From Macrostomum hystrix (lineage: Eukaryota; Animalia; Platyhelminthes): a stretch of DNA of 64,000 nt. Positions 1 through 13,700 of this stretch are shown piece by piece. The position numbers and the translations under genes are program-made. A model generated the notes under the pieces. The model worked only from the letters and a program-made list of their open reading frames with translations. It did no database searches and was not told the origin of the DNA. The stretch spans positions 2,046,001 to 2,110,000 of the forward strand of contig CATNEN010000025.1 in assembly GCA_950097015.1 (NCBI GenBank), given 5' to 3'. Every line of letters begins with the position of its first letter. The first letter of the stretch is position 1.

Positions 1-107
1 GGATTGCAGAAAAACGTGGATTTCTTAAGCGTATAAGTATAGCTGAAATAAAATATTTTACCAACTTTCAATTGTTTATTAGTCTTCAAAACTCGCTTCA
101 ATTGCAA

Positions 108-920
108 ATGGAAAACAGCGAAGGCACATCACGGCCCAAACCAGCAACTGTGCGTGAGGAACTCAGTCCGCTATTGTTTGGAGGACGCCTGGCTTTTGTT
201 CTCCACAACGTGCTCAGCGCCGACGAATGCGCGGCCGTAATTCGAGCCGCTAACAGCGTCGGCTTCAAGCAGGCCACTATTCGGACCGGCTTCAAGACAT
301 TGGAGTATCAGTCGGATTTCCGTGTTGGAGAAAACTGCTACCTGACAGATGCCAGCATTCGCGAGACCCTCTTTCAACGAGTCAGACCGCATTTGCCGCC
401 TGAATTTCAATTCGGAAAATTGGTTGGACTCAACGAGCGCATGACTGTCTTGCGTTATGGACCTGGCGGATTCTTTGGCGAGCACACCGACGGTACTTAC
501 ATTGTGCCGGATGACTCGGCAATCAGTTTTATAACTGTACAACTTTATCTCAATGATGGATTCGAAGGCGGAGAGACCACCTTCTTCCCAGACGGCTATC
601 TTCGCAGCGGCACTAAAACTGAAAATCGACGGAGAGTTCCAGTTAAGCCGCGCACCGGTTCGGCGGTTGTTTTCGAGCACAAGATCCTGCACGAAGGAAG
701 TCTGCTGCGGAGCGGGGAAAAGTTTACTTTAAGAGCTGACGTCCTCTACTCTAGGTATTATCCGCCAGCAGAAGATTCTGATGTGGCAGTATCTGATGAA
801 GCAATCAGAATTGAATCACCGGAGTCAAGTCAAGAAAAGGAGAAAGGAAAAGAAAAGGATGGCCTCCCATGGACTGAAGGACGGAACTCGTGGTTAAAAT
901 CAAAGTGTGCTGTGCAGTAA
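108..920 (+). CDS. Intronless 2OG-Fe(II) dioxygenase, prolyl-4-hydroxylase-like (2OG-FeII_Oxy_3/P4Hc type)
   Basis: ORF contains the facial-triad motifs GEHTDG (HxD) and HEG (distal His), the LYLNDGFEGGETTFF strand and a K-x-x-x-R-x-D 2OG-binding strand. First ATG is at 108; the ORF track starts at an upstream TTG. Confidence 0.85.
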   Translation: MENSEGTSRPKPATVREELSPLLFGGRLAFVLHNVLSADECAAVIRAANSVGFKQATIRTGFKTLEYQSDFRVGENCYLTDASIRETLFQRVRPHLPPEFQFGKLVGLNERMTVLRYGPGGFFGEHTDGTYIVPDDSAISFITVQLYLNDGFEGGETTFFPDGYLRSGTKTENRRRVPVKPRTGSAVVFEHKILHEGSLLRSGEKFTLRADVLYSRYYPPAEDSDVAVSDEAIRIESPESSQEKEKGKEKDGLPWTEGRNSWLKSKCAVQ

Positions 921-3900
921 TGCGATCTTAACTACTGCATAACTAACAATTTCCATAAAAATCAAAGAATCATTGTTCCATGAAATTAAAAGCGCGCATA
1001 TCTGCCGCAAAGTATCTAGCTTTTATGTCACTAAAGAGAAATTTAGGATATTCTCTTCCTAAATGTAGTTAAACTGTAGTGTTTAATCTTGAAATTTTCA
1101 TGTTTGCAGTTTTTAATTTACTTAAGTTTATATTGAAGGAAATGTACTAGACAAATAAATATTCCGATAAATATCAAAGCTCCTCCACAATTCCCAACAA
1201 AATATCTCCCTGAATGTTTACTCGAAAATGTTTTTAAGCAGATCAATAAAATTTCATAAGCTATGGAATATAATTAATCTGAAATCGCTTTTCGTTTTCA
1301 GTCAATACTGATTTGATAAACACGAAAATTTCATAAGAAAAAAACAACGATTGGTCGTATATTTTCGCGCGGATTCAATTTCTTAAATTTCGGAGGATAC
1401 GCTCTCGCGTGTACACCGGCCACCGTTAGTTAGATTGGGCTGCGCGATAAGTATAGACGTACTTAAGGGCTCTTAAAAAGTCTTGGCGATACCGCACTAT
1501 TGTACTAGGTTCTAGACCTCTAAAACAGTGCTATTTGTTCTCTTATTTTTTCGTGAGAAATGTACTTTCGTGTTAAAACTAACAACATTTTGTTGACGTA
1601 TGTGGTCACTGGCCTGACTGTATCTCTAAAATTACATTTATTCAATCTCAGATGTCACTGAGAGCCCAGATTATGGACCTTGTTAATTTTGTTAATTTTG
1701 AATTTTTGTGTGCATAAATTATTTGATTCAGATTTTAACTGGGGGCCTAACAAAAGGAAATTGGCATTTAAGATGTCATAAAATTTCAGATGAATTTAAA
1801 TGACTTATCTCCATGGTCCTGTAAGAATAATGCAGCTTCTCAGCATGGCAGCTTGCCAGAATAGCGCTGCTACAATACACACATATGGCACATATGGCTT
1901 TTGATGACATCCCAGCTTCAGGATGACCATAGTTTTATACTTTTTAAATATAGTTAGTTGCAATGTTGATAATATCAATCCTCAATCAATACCCATATAG
2001 GCCCTATGCTCGAATAGAGGTAGCTTAGGCCTTAGGTGCAAAATTGCTAACTGAAATGCTTCGTTGCCAACATAAAAAGCTGTTATAGCCTATCTATAAC
2101 AGTGTAAGCTAGGCCTAGGCCTATCTCTTTCTGAGTCTGACTATTGCCATTTAGGTATATAGATATGACTAGGCCTAGTTAAAAAACTAAATTCTATAAA
2201 GCCAACAAGATTAAGCTGTCCTTATTTCTATTTCATAGATAAGATTAAATATTTCAGTTTCAATAAGCTTACCTTTGAGTATAGTCCATGTCTTGACCTT
2301 CTATCAGGATCAGTTTGCCTTTCTTTAGTTTTAGCTTAGGCTTTTAGTTACTCTTTTAGTGCTTAGGGCAGAGCCCACTAGGTTGATTTGCCTGCTGTTT
2401 GCCATGGATACTTCATTGCTTGCTGTTTCATCACCCTATTGCCGTATTGGAATAAATGTTGAAAACCTATGGATGTGCGCTTTAGAATTCAGAAGGATTG
2501 AGAAAGGTACACTTTAGCCATGCCTCTTTCTGCTGGCTACTTGAGTCTTTTTGAAGAAATTCAAGCCTGCGTCTGCGCTGCACTTTAGAAAAATCCAAAA
2601 AGCGCCCCAGACACCATCTACAGATTGTATACTTTTTCTAATAGGGTTTCATCATCTAGAAGACAGTGTCCAGGGTCTAAGTGGGTGGATGACACAGTGA
2701 ACAAGACTTTAGACACTTCATCATCTCTATGATTTAAGGCAGTATGCATGTCCAAACAATGCCAGCAATTGCCATCTTTGTGCTTTGCACAAATTTCAAA
2801 TTTTGAAACTTGAGTTTCGAAATTGACTATCTCAATAATCAGTAGCCTAGTAGTTTTCTTTGTTATTAACTTCATTACTTTGATTTCCTAGATTTCCCCA
2901 GTCTGTTTACACTAATTAACTGTACAGTGTTATAACAACCAATTTTCTATTACATTATGAATTTCAACATTTGTGATCGCCTAGAACTGAAACACTCATA
3001 GTTTGCCCTCAGTTTTCCATATACTGTACACATGGGAAACTGTAAATCAAATCAACACAGTATTTTCCATTGATGGTTGACTAACTGACCTACCTTTAAC
3101 TATAAGATTCACCAATTGGCTAGATGAGCAAAGCTTCCAATCTAAAAAGTTTATGACAAAATTGTAAGATTACAATAAATTCATATGATGAAGTGTTTAA
3201 GAACTGCCCACTATGCCCAGAATGCCAGAACTTTTCTAGAATGTACTTGATTGTAGCTTTGTATTGGCCCTATACTACCATTAAAATGTTAGGAAATGTG
3301 TACCATGATTGAACTACATAATAGGCCCAATATTACAAATTACAATTGGGCCCTACAATATTTACAATGTCAACTAGCCATGCACTACCTATAGCCACCA
3401 ATCAATAACAAAAATGAGCAAAAATTAAGATAAACTGGTTACTAAGGTGTTGAATTTTTGTATTTTTGGTTTACTAGAACTCAACACTTAAAATAAATAT
3501 ATGAAATTAATTTCAATAGCACAATTTTCTATCCCTTTGCAATAACTGCCACAGCTCGTAAATAATTCAGTGTAGCTGCTGTCTTTTTTTAGGTCTTGCC
3601 TTGCTTATAGATAGCATCTTCCAGAATTATAGACAGTCACTGACCTCATAAGCAAGCCATAACTCCATATTAGGAACATATAGCCATGTCTATAATTTTG
3701 TAGTTTAAAAACATTGTATGTTGTGCCTAAGGTGGTATTTATAGCATAGATATAATAAGTAATATATGTATAGTTATATAATAGATAATTGTGGTTGTGC
3801 AACAAAATTAAGGTCAGAGATATATTTAGCTCATTATAATCAAAATATTATGCAAAATATTTATGTTCTTAGGACTACTATCTGCTCAATGATAAAGTCA

Positions 3901-4732
3901 TCTTTATGGCAATCTATGTTTATTATATTACTAATAATTAATTTATGCAAAAAATATATATCAAGCAGCATTTTAGTGTTAGTAAAAGTTCTACAAACGT
4001 TTAATTGAAAATAAATAAGAAACCACAGATTTTATATTGTACAAGAATGATAATAATATCCGAAGACAAACTTTAATCATTGTTGTCCGAATAAATGATG
4101 CCTATTCCAACATATGCATGCATCATTATATAAAAGTACAGTTAGATATGATCATGTGTTCATATGACTGGAAAGTCTAGAGAGCAAATCCTTCTCTAGA
4201 AAGTCAGATTATTTACATCAAAAAGTTTTTATTAGATTGTACACAAAGTATTGCTTTTTCTTTTTTTTGTTAAACACAGAAGTAAGAAAATATTTTCTCC
4301 ACAAAACCAGATTAGAATAAAAAAAACCTGTATACTCTATTTTCACACATTTATAGCCACTGGATGCAATGGGGTCTCTTTTGATTCCAACTGATGTGAG
4401 AGTGGAATCAGAGTTCAAACTTCTTCCATTAACTGAACCGGGCAGTGGTACTGAGGTTTCTCCAGGTGAGACTTGCAAATTTGTACTTATTTCAGCTTCA
4501 GTTTGATGTCATGTTGAAAGTTAGAATGCTTATGTATGAACATGGGCTATTGTTAGACTTATTTGCGAAGTCGACATTTTTCCAAATACAAATTAGTTTT
4601 TATTGAAAATAAACTTCTACACTTTGCACCAGCCAAGTCTCTTTATTAGTTAGATGACGAAGCTGCAAGCTAGGCAACTAATGGTATAGTTGATCCCGCT
4701 GTTTACCCAATTTTGACCACTAAACAACCGCA

Positions 4733-7700
4733 ATGCCAGATGGCAAGACTGTCTGCTACTGGAATGGCGCCCGAATCCATTGCCAACGCGTGCCCAGCTA
4801 CAGTCCTGCTGGCGCATGGCACCTCGGCCGTTCCTCGCCCTGCTCTTGGTCGGTTCGGGCCGCTCGCTTCTTCACCTTGGATGGCAGTCAGCACCTGCTA
4901 GTGGCCATGGAGTCCAGGGAGAGCGGCGAATCTCACCTGCTTGTGCTGCAGTGCGGACGGGCCGCGCCCTTGAAACGAATCCGACTGCCCTATCGAGCAG
5001 CCAGTCTGGCCATACTATCCATGCCCGACTCTCCCCAGCCAATCAGCGTTGCCGGCCCACTCCTTGGCGCGTTTGCCGGCTGCGCCGCTATTGGCTGTCA
5101 CGCCGGTCACGTTATGCTTGTTGATTTGCGCCTAGACGATGACAACAACAATCGGGACATTAGCAGCTTCGGTGCTGGTGACGGAAGTGGCAACCCGAAC
5201 GATAGCGGCGCTAATTTGGCGTCTACAGGCGTTGAAGCTGCGGCTCTGGCGATGCCAATGTCGACTCTTGCCGGTGTTGCCGCGGCAGCTTCTCCGGCTG
5301 ATGCCGTTGCCCGACTGCGCGATGCCGCATGCGATAGCGGCGGTCACCTCTACTGCTTGCTGGACGGTATAAACTGGCTTGGCTTGTGCTGCTTTTTTTA
5401 TTGATCCCACAACCAATCAATTATAATTGATCCCACTCCCCTAGAACCTCGGCTTGAGAAGCCAATTCACAAGAACCTCAGGCTGAGATGCCTCTCTTAC
5501 CGTCCAGAACCTCAAGTTGAGATGCCTCTCTCACCCTCCAGAAACTCAGGTTGAGATACCTCTCTCACCCTCCAGAACCTCAGACTGAGATGCCTCTCTC
5601 ACCCTCCAGAACCTCAGGTTGAGATGCCTCTCTCACCCTCCAGAACCTCAGACTGAGATGCCTCTCTCACCCTCCAGAACCTCAGGTTGAGATGCCTCTC
5701 TCACCCTCCAGAACCTCAGGTTGAGATACCTCTCTCACCCTCCAGAACCTCAGACTGAGATGCCTCTCTCACCCTCCAGAACCTCAGGCTGAGATGCCTC
5801 TCTCACCCTCCAGAACCTCAGGCTGAGATGCCTCTCTCACCCTCCAGAACCTCAGGTTGAGATACCTCTCTCACCCTCCAGAACCTCAGACTGAGATGCC
5901 TCTCTCACCCTTCAGAACCCTCAGACTGAGATGCCTCTCTCACCCTCCAGAACCTCAGGTTGAGATACCTCTCTCACCCTCCAGAACCTCAGGTTGAGAT
6001 GCCTCTCTCACCCTCCAGAACCTCAGGTTGAGATACCTCTCTCACCCTCCAGAACCTCAGGTTGAGATGCCTCTCTCACCCTTCAGAACCCTCAGACTGA
6101 GATGCCTCTCTCACCCTCCAGAACCTCAGGTTGAGATACCTCTCTCACCCTCCAGAACCTCAGACTGAGATGCCTCTCTCACCCTCCAGAAACTCAGGTC
6201 GAGATGCCACTCCACCAGAAACTCAGGTTGAGAAGCCACTCCCTCAGAAACTCAGGTTGAGCTGCCAATCTCCCAGAAACTCAGGTTGAGCTGCCAATCT
6301 CCCAGAAACTCAGGTTGAGCTGCCAATCCCCCAGAAACTCAGGTTGAGCTGCCAATCCCCCAGAAACTCAGGTTGAGCTGCCAATCCCCCAGAAACTCAG
6401 GTTGAGCTGCCAATCTCCCAGAAACTCAGGTTGAGCTGCCAATCCCCCAGAAACTCAGGTTGAGCTGCCAATCCCCCAGAAACTCAGGTTGAGCTGCCAA
6501 TCTCCCAGAAACTCAGGTTGAGCTGCCAATCCCCCAGAAACTCAGGTTGAGCTGCCAATCTCCCAGAAACTCAGGTTGAGCCGCCAATCCCCCAGAAACT
6601 CAGGTTGAGCTGCCAATCCCCCAGAAACTCAGGTTGAGCTGCCAATCCCCCAGAAACTCAGGTTGAGATTCCCCTCTCGTTTATAGAACTTCAGTTTGAT
6701 GCAATTCCTGTGCACATGGATGCATTAAGATGAGAAATAAGAATGGATAATTCTGTTTTACAGACCACGTGGTGTCTGGTGCTAACTTCAAATACAAGAA
6801 GACCAACGGCGAAGTGTGGTCGGCCTTCGCATCCGATTCAGTCACAGTGACGGCGTTGCACTACGCCAGGCTGACCGCCTCCCTGCTTGTCGGCTTCAGT
6901 TTTGGCGGCGCTCAGATCTGGCGACTAGTTGACGGATTTCACGAGTGAGTTCTGAGGTTTTTTTAGTAGTACTAATAAAATAATCAATAGGCTCTGCTAA
7001 TTACCCCGGCTCTTTTTCCTAGAAGCGTGCTTATTTAAATTACTCGCATTACTTTCACTTCTTGCTCTTTTCATCTCACTATCTCACCTCCTCCTCTCTC
7101 CACCCTTGCCCACCACTGTATCCCTCCCTTCCCCATCTCTGTATCCCTCCCTTGCCCACCTCTGTATCCCTCCCTTCCCCATCTCTGTATCCCTCCCTTG
7201 CCCACCACTGTATCCCTCCCTTCCCCATCTCTGTATCCCTCCCTTGCCCACCTCTGTATCCCTCCCTTCCCCATCTCTGTATCCCTCCCTTGCCCACCAC
7301 TGTATCCCTCCCTTCCCCATCTCTGTATCCCTCCCTTCCCCATCTCTGTATCCCTCCCTTGCCCACCTCTGTATCCCTCCCTTCCCCATCTCTGTATCCC
7401 TCCCTTGCCCACCTCTGTATCCCTCCCTTCCCCATCTCTGTATCCCTCCCTTGCCCACCACTGTATCCCTCCCTTCCCCATCTCTGTATCCCTCCCTTGC
7501 CCACCTCTGTATCCCTCCCTTCCCCATCTCTGTATCCCTCCCTTGCCCACCTCTGTATCCCTCCCTTCCCCATCTCTGTATCCCTCCCTTGCCCACCTCT
7601 GTATCCCTCCCTTCCCCATCTCTGTATCCCTCCCTTGCCCACCACTGTATCCCTCCCTTCCCCATCTCTGTATCCCTCCCTTGCCCACCTCTGTATCCCT

Positions 7701-10700
7701 CCCTTCCCCATCTCTGTATCCCTCCCTTGCCCACCTCTGTATCCCTCCCTTCCCTATCTCTGTATCCCTCCCTTGCCCACCACTGTATCCCTCCCTTCCC
7801 CATCTCTGTATCCCTCCCTTGCCCACCACTGTATCCCTCCCTTCCCCATCTCTGTATCCCTCCCTTGCCCACCTCTGTATCCCTCGCTTGCCTACCTTTG
7901 TATCCCTTGCCCATCTTTCTATCCCACCCCTCCCCACCTCTGTATCCCATCCTTGCCCACCTCTTTATCCCTCCCTTCCCCCATCTCTGCATCCCTCCCT
8001 TCCCCATATCTGCATCCCTCCCTTCCCCATCTCTGTATCCCTCCCTTCCCCATCTCTGTATCTGTACGATACGACGATTCAAATAAAATTGTATATCTAT
8101 TGCTCATCAATTGTTTCTCGCCTAGATTCACCTGCAAGATTGATCTGTCATCTCCGCCTGTGTCGCACTTTGTCCTACTAAAAGCTGACGACGATCCAAT
8201 GAATCTGCTCTATTTGTGGATCTGCCGCGGCAGCCGGGATGTCTCCTTACCTAGCAATATAGTCCTCTACCAGTTAAAGTACAGAACTCGCCAGTCTCGT
8301 AGCGGCTCGCAATCTCCAACTAGCGAGTCGGAGTCCGCAGCAACAGCAGCAGCAGCGACGGCGGCCAGATCCAGCTCCTCCTCTTCGCTGTCTGCCGGCT
8401 ATCACTACACTGATCTAGTTAGCGCCGGTGTGTCGTTTTCGCAGCCTTTGGCAATGAGCGGCGGCGAAGCCACTGGCAGTCGGCTTATACACTGCGACAG
8501 TTTAATCACTAGGCGATGCAGCAGCAGCAGCGGCAATATTGGCAATGCTAGCGGCGAGGATGAGCTTGGCAGAGCGTATTTTGTATGGACAGAATGCTCA
8601 AATTCTATTCTACATGTTGGCGTATTCGATCTCAATAGATGGTACCAATGCCAGCTGCCGCGCAATGCCAAGTACAATCTGCGTACACTGCATCCGTATT
8701 TTGCTGTGCATAGATTTGAACTGCAGCATTATCTGCTTAGCAGCGGCCTGAGAGTGCTTGGCGGTCCGGTGCCCACCGTGCTGGCTGCTTGTGTTGTGCC
8801 CGACTCGGTTAGTGATTTTATATCTGCTGTAGCCTGCTGGCGATTTTAACATGTCTTTTTATTTTCCCATATCTGTCTGTTCATGGCCTCTATCATTTCT
8901 TTTGTTATTTCTACTCTTACTTTCTCTCTTCCTTAATTTCAGTCTCTTCCCTCGATCTACTCTCTCTCTCTCTTTCCTCTCTTATCTCTTCCCTCTACTC
9001 TCTCAATCTCCTCTTTCCCTGTCCCAAATCTGTCAAGGTGTCGCAATTTCGAGCCGGCCTTAATCCTCGGCCTGGCGCGCCGTCAGCTGAGCAGCTGTAT
9101 TATCCGGCTGCGCTGACCTACCGGCTGCGGCTGCACTGTCCGCCGCACACCCTACTGCTGCGGTGCGACGGAGCCCAGAGAGCCCACCTGGATCTGATTG
9201 GCCGTCTGGCGCCAGACAGCCTGATGTCGAGAGCCAACGAACTAGCCGACCGCTGCGTTCAACTGGGCCTACTGTCGCCGCCGCTGACTCAGTCTCAGCC
9301 TCAGCCTGAGCCATCATCGCCGGCTGGTGCTTCGACCGGTGCAGTGGCCGAAGAGGCATGCACCGACGGCGGCGATAACGACCCCGATGCTCGGCGTCGC
9401 ATCCTGACCGTCTGCTTGGAGCACGGCCGCGACGACGCCCTGGTCAGTCTGGGCTGCGGCCAGTACGCCAGCCTAGTCATCGACTGGCTCTGGGCCAGCG
9501 TTCGTCGCTACAAGCGTTTGTTAGACGCATCCACAGTCGCATTATTTCGCACCGACGAAGATGAACAAATCGGCGACAATGGTAACGATGAGAGCGTTGA
9601 AGGCGACGCATCGGTTTTGATTGAAGACGTCGACGCTGAAGCTGTCGCTAGCGATAGTCGAGTTGTTCAACTTGTAGCCCTGCTGGATCGTCTAGACAGT
9701 CTATTTCGTCGATTGTTGGATTGTCGACCAATGCCGACAGCGTCGTCGGCAACTTCGGCTACGTCGGCCGCGTTGGCAGATCTTCGTTTTCGGGCGGACG
9801 CCGTGGCCAGACTGTGCGCCTACGCCAGACGGCTGCAGTGGTGTGCCAGGGTGCGTCTGTTGCCACCGAGTCGCCTGGCGCCGGTGTTCGCCGAGTTGAG
9901 CCGTCGCATTGACGACGCCAGACGGTCCCGATGTCTAGTTGTCGACTGTCTGGTTGATCGACTGTTCAATCGCGATGACCGAGGCGGCGATGTTGGCGCA
10001 TGCGCTTTCAACTTAGACGCCGGCTCGGATGATCGGATGTCGCCCGGGTCGATCACCTACCCGCCAGCCGATGCCAGGCACCTGTTAGAGAGCACTTTTC
10101 TGAGGGCTCCACCTGGCTGCGATCCCAGGCTGCAGCACTGCCTAGTTGCCTATCTCCTCATGGACTTGCAGGTGCGTCTCATTGGATGACTTGTAAATCA
10201 ATACATAAGTATTGGTCTCTAAATTTCCAACATTGAGAGCATCAGCCCAACTGCTTATCAAAGTTCAAACGGGTTATTAAAATCTTGCTAGTCTAAAATT
10301 AAGTTCCCAGATTTCTCTCCTAATCCCTGGACTAGCTGTCCTAATCCCTAGACTAGCTTTCCTATTCATTAGACTAGCTGTCCTATTCCCTAGACTAGCT
10401 GTCCTATTCCCTAGACTAGCTGTCCTATTCCCTAGACTAGCTGTCCTATTCATTAGACTAGCTGTCCTATTCCCTAGACTAGCTGTCCTATTCCCTAGAC
10501 TAGCTGTCCTATTCCCTAGACTAGCTGTCCTAATCCCTAGACTAGCTGTCCTATTCCCTAGACTAGCTGTCCTAATCCCTAGACTAGCTGTCCTTATTCC
10601 TTGACTAGCTGTCCTAATCCCTAGACTAGCTGTCCTATTCCCTAGACTAGCTGTCCTAATCCCTAGACTAGCTTTCCTATTCATTAGACTAGCTGTCCTA

Positions 10701-13700
10701 TTCCATAGACTAGCTGTCCTATTCCCTAGACAAGCTGTCCTATTCCCTAGACTAGCTGTCTTAATCCCTAGACTTGCTGTCCTAATTCCTTGACTAGCTG
10801 TCCTAATCCCTAGACCAGCTGTCCTAATCCCTAGGCTAGCTCTCTAATCCCTAGACCAGCTGTCCTAATCCCTAGGCTAGCTCTCCTAATCCCTATTCTA
10901 GCTCTCCTTATCCCTATTCTAGCTCTCCTTATCCCTATTCTAGCTCTCCTTATCCCTATTCTAGCTCTCCTATTCCATAGACTAGCTCTCCTAATTACTA
11001 GACTAGCTCTTATTATTCCTAATTAGCTCTCTAGCTTTATAGCAATCCTTAAGTACCTTACATTTATATAAGTACTCGTAGACTACATACTGTCCTACAA
11101 TAGATTCTCATGAAGTACTTTAAGCTGTGGCTGTGCCACTGTCTATATGTGTAGCCCAACTCAACGAGCGTAGTCTAGCTAACTAAATCTCTAATTTAAC
11201 CCATTTCTCATCCATATCGTACAGGCCCTACTAGAAGACGCAGACGACGCCGAAGAGCTCACTGAACAATGGGACGGCTACCTGTCTGTGAGCGGCCAGC
11301 CCGCCTCCCTCGCCCGCTGGGCCAATCTCCTATGGAGCCTTGATCACTCGCTCTGGTCGGAGGCCATGTCTTTACTAGACGATCCGGATTTGTCTCGCCC
11401 GCTATTTCCCGGCCTGGCGGACGGTCTGGTCTCCGCCGTGGCCGAAGCCGCGCCTGACGTTGCCGCCCGTTGCCTGATCCGTTTCCGGCCGCACTCTCAG
11501 GTGTCTCCCGCGTTGGCTCTGCGCGTCCTGCTGGCCTCCGGCCGGCCAGACCTAGCCCTGGATCTGGTGGTCCGGCCCACCGGCGACACCCTTCAACGCG
11601 ACGAACTGCTCGACCGACTATTGGACGAGTGCGCAGCCAGCAAGAAATGGCGCGGTCGCCTATTCGCTGGAATCAACTGGCGTCTGGAGGAGCTGCCTCG
11701 GGTGACCGACTTTGCGGCCAAGTCCGGCTGCCAGCAGGTTCGTTGCTATGGTGACCGCGATAGCTGTCTGTTTTGAACTGTGTCTGTCTTCCGTTTTGAT
11801 ATTATGTCCCTGTTTCTGCCTGTCTGTGCCCCTTGCTCTAAGCTGTCGCTGTCATTAAGATATTTATATATTAACTTTTCTCAGATCAAGGAACAACTGG
11901 TTGCTCACCTGTTGCTAACTGGTCGCTATGCGGAAGCAGTCCAACTTAGCGATCGACTGCCGGTGCGTGACGCCGCCTCAGCGGCTCGCAAGCGTCTAGT
12001 AGACATTGTGCTGGACTCGCTGCCCAGAGTGCAGAGGGATCTGCTACGGCTGGAGATTGCACAGGCTGCGGCTGGAGGCCTTGGGGCACTAGCGACAGCC
12101 TTCCCTACCAGGCGGACCGGTGAGGCTTGCCAAAAGTATTCTTCTCTGTAGACCCCATTCAGCCTCTTCCTCAGGATCCATTCAGCCTCTTCCTCAGGAT
12201 CCATTCAGCCTCTCCTTCAGGATCCATTCAGCCTCTCCCTCAGGACCCATTCAGCCTCTTTCATCAGGATCCATTCAGCCTCTCCCTCAGGATCCATTCA
12301 GCCTCTTCCTCAGGATCAATTCAGCCTCTCCCTCAGGATCCATTCAGCCTCTCCCTCAGGATCCATTCAGCCTCTCCCTCAGGATCCATTCAGCCTCTTC
12401 CTCAGGACCCATTCAGCCTCTCTCCCTCAGGATCCATTCAGCCTCTCCCTCAGGATCCATTCAGCCTCTTCCTCAGGATCCATTCAGCCTCTCCCTCCGG
12501 ATCCATTCAGCCTCTCCCTCAGGATCAATTCAGCCTCTCCCTCAGGATCCATTCAGCCTCTTCCTCAGGACCCATTCAGCCTCTTTCATCAGGATCCATT
12601 CAGCTTTTCCCTCAGGATCCATTCAGCCTCTTCCTCAGGATCCATTCAGCCTCTCCCTCAGGATCCATTCAGCCTCTCTCTCAGGATCCATTCAGCCTCT
12701 CTCTCAGGATCCATTCAGCCTCTCCCTCAGATTCCATTCAGTCTCTCCCTCAGGATCCATTCAGCGCCTCCCTCAGGGTCCATTCAGCCCCTCCCTCAGG
12801 ATCCATTCAGCCCCTCCCTCAGGATCCATTCAGCCCCTCCCTCAGGATCTATTCAGCCCCTCCCTCAGGATCCATGTGATCGGCCTTCTTATCAACTAAT
12901 ATCGCAAGCCAAATTTCCCAGTCGATCCCAGACAGCTGTCAGCGCAGCCGAGCGTTACCGTCTTCGGCCTCAGCGGCAATCCGTTTGGTACCTCGGTGAC
13001 CACGGAGAAACTCTACGCAAACGTTGTGGCCACTAGGGAGAAGGAGCGGCAGGCCTGGCTGAAAGCTGTCCAGTCTGATCGGTAGGCTAAAATTAGTTTC
13101 TTTCACGAGCGAATATGCAAATCTACTTAAAGTAGAGCGGTCGAGATATTGCTTCTACTCATAGTAGGAGTTACAATTTATATGGATTTCAGCTAGAGCA
13201 AGTCGCTCACGAAAAACTTAAGAAAAGACCAGAATTGCACTAACTTGCATTATGCAGTGTGCTGTGAAAACACCTTGACGTTTAGAAAGATGATGTTCTT
13301 TGTAAGTTAAAATTAATTTTTCCTCTTTTTAGACCGAATTTTTTCAGAGGCTTGCTGTCCAATGTGTTCATGACACCCAGTGCCTCCGCCGCCTCGGCCT
13401 ACGCGGCTACTATTAGTAGTAGGCCAGCATGCTCATTGTCCACGATAAAGAAGCGCATTGGGTAAATCCATTTATTTGTCTGCTGTTTAAAGCCTGTGCT
13501 TTACTTACCTTCTTTTGTTGGGATTAGTGACTAGATAAATTCTTTCTTATCGATGTTTGATCCTAAAGGTGGAAATCTCATCCCAAAGGATCTCACCTTA
13601 TACGAGTGAGATTAAGGGGCAGAATTCCTTTCAGGCGTGATATTCACGAGGTAGCATTTTTTCTTATCTCTGCATTGCTTCAGTTCACCCAGCTGTTAAA

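Noticed and set aside
7062-8186. Long Pro-rich and Gly/Arg-rich ORFs in all frames
   Set aside because: Products of the 23/46-bp intronic repeat. Only 8126-8807 is a real ELYS exon.
12120-12899. 250-259-aa SGSIQPLPQDPF ORFs
   Set aside because: They come from a 23-bp intronic minisatellite between a valid donor (12120) and acceptor (12921).
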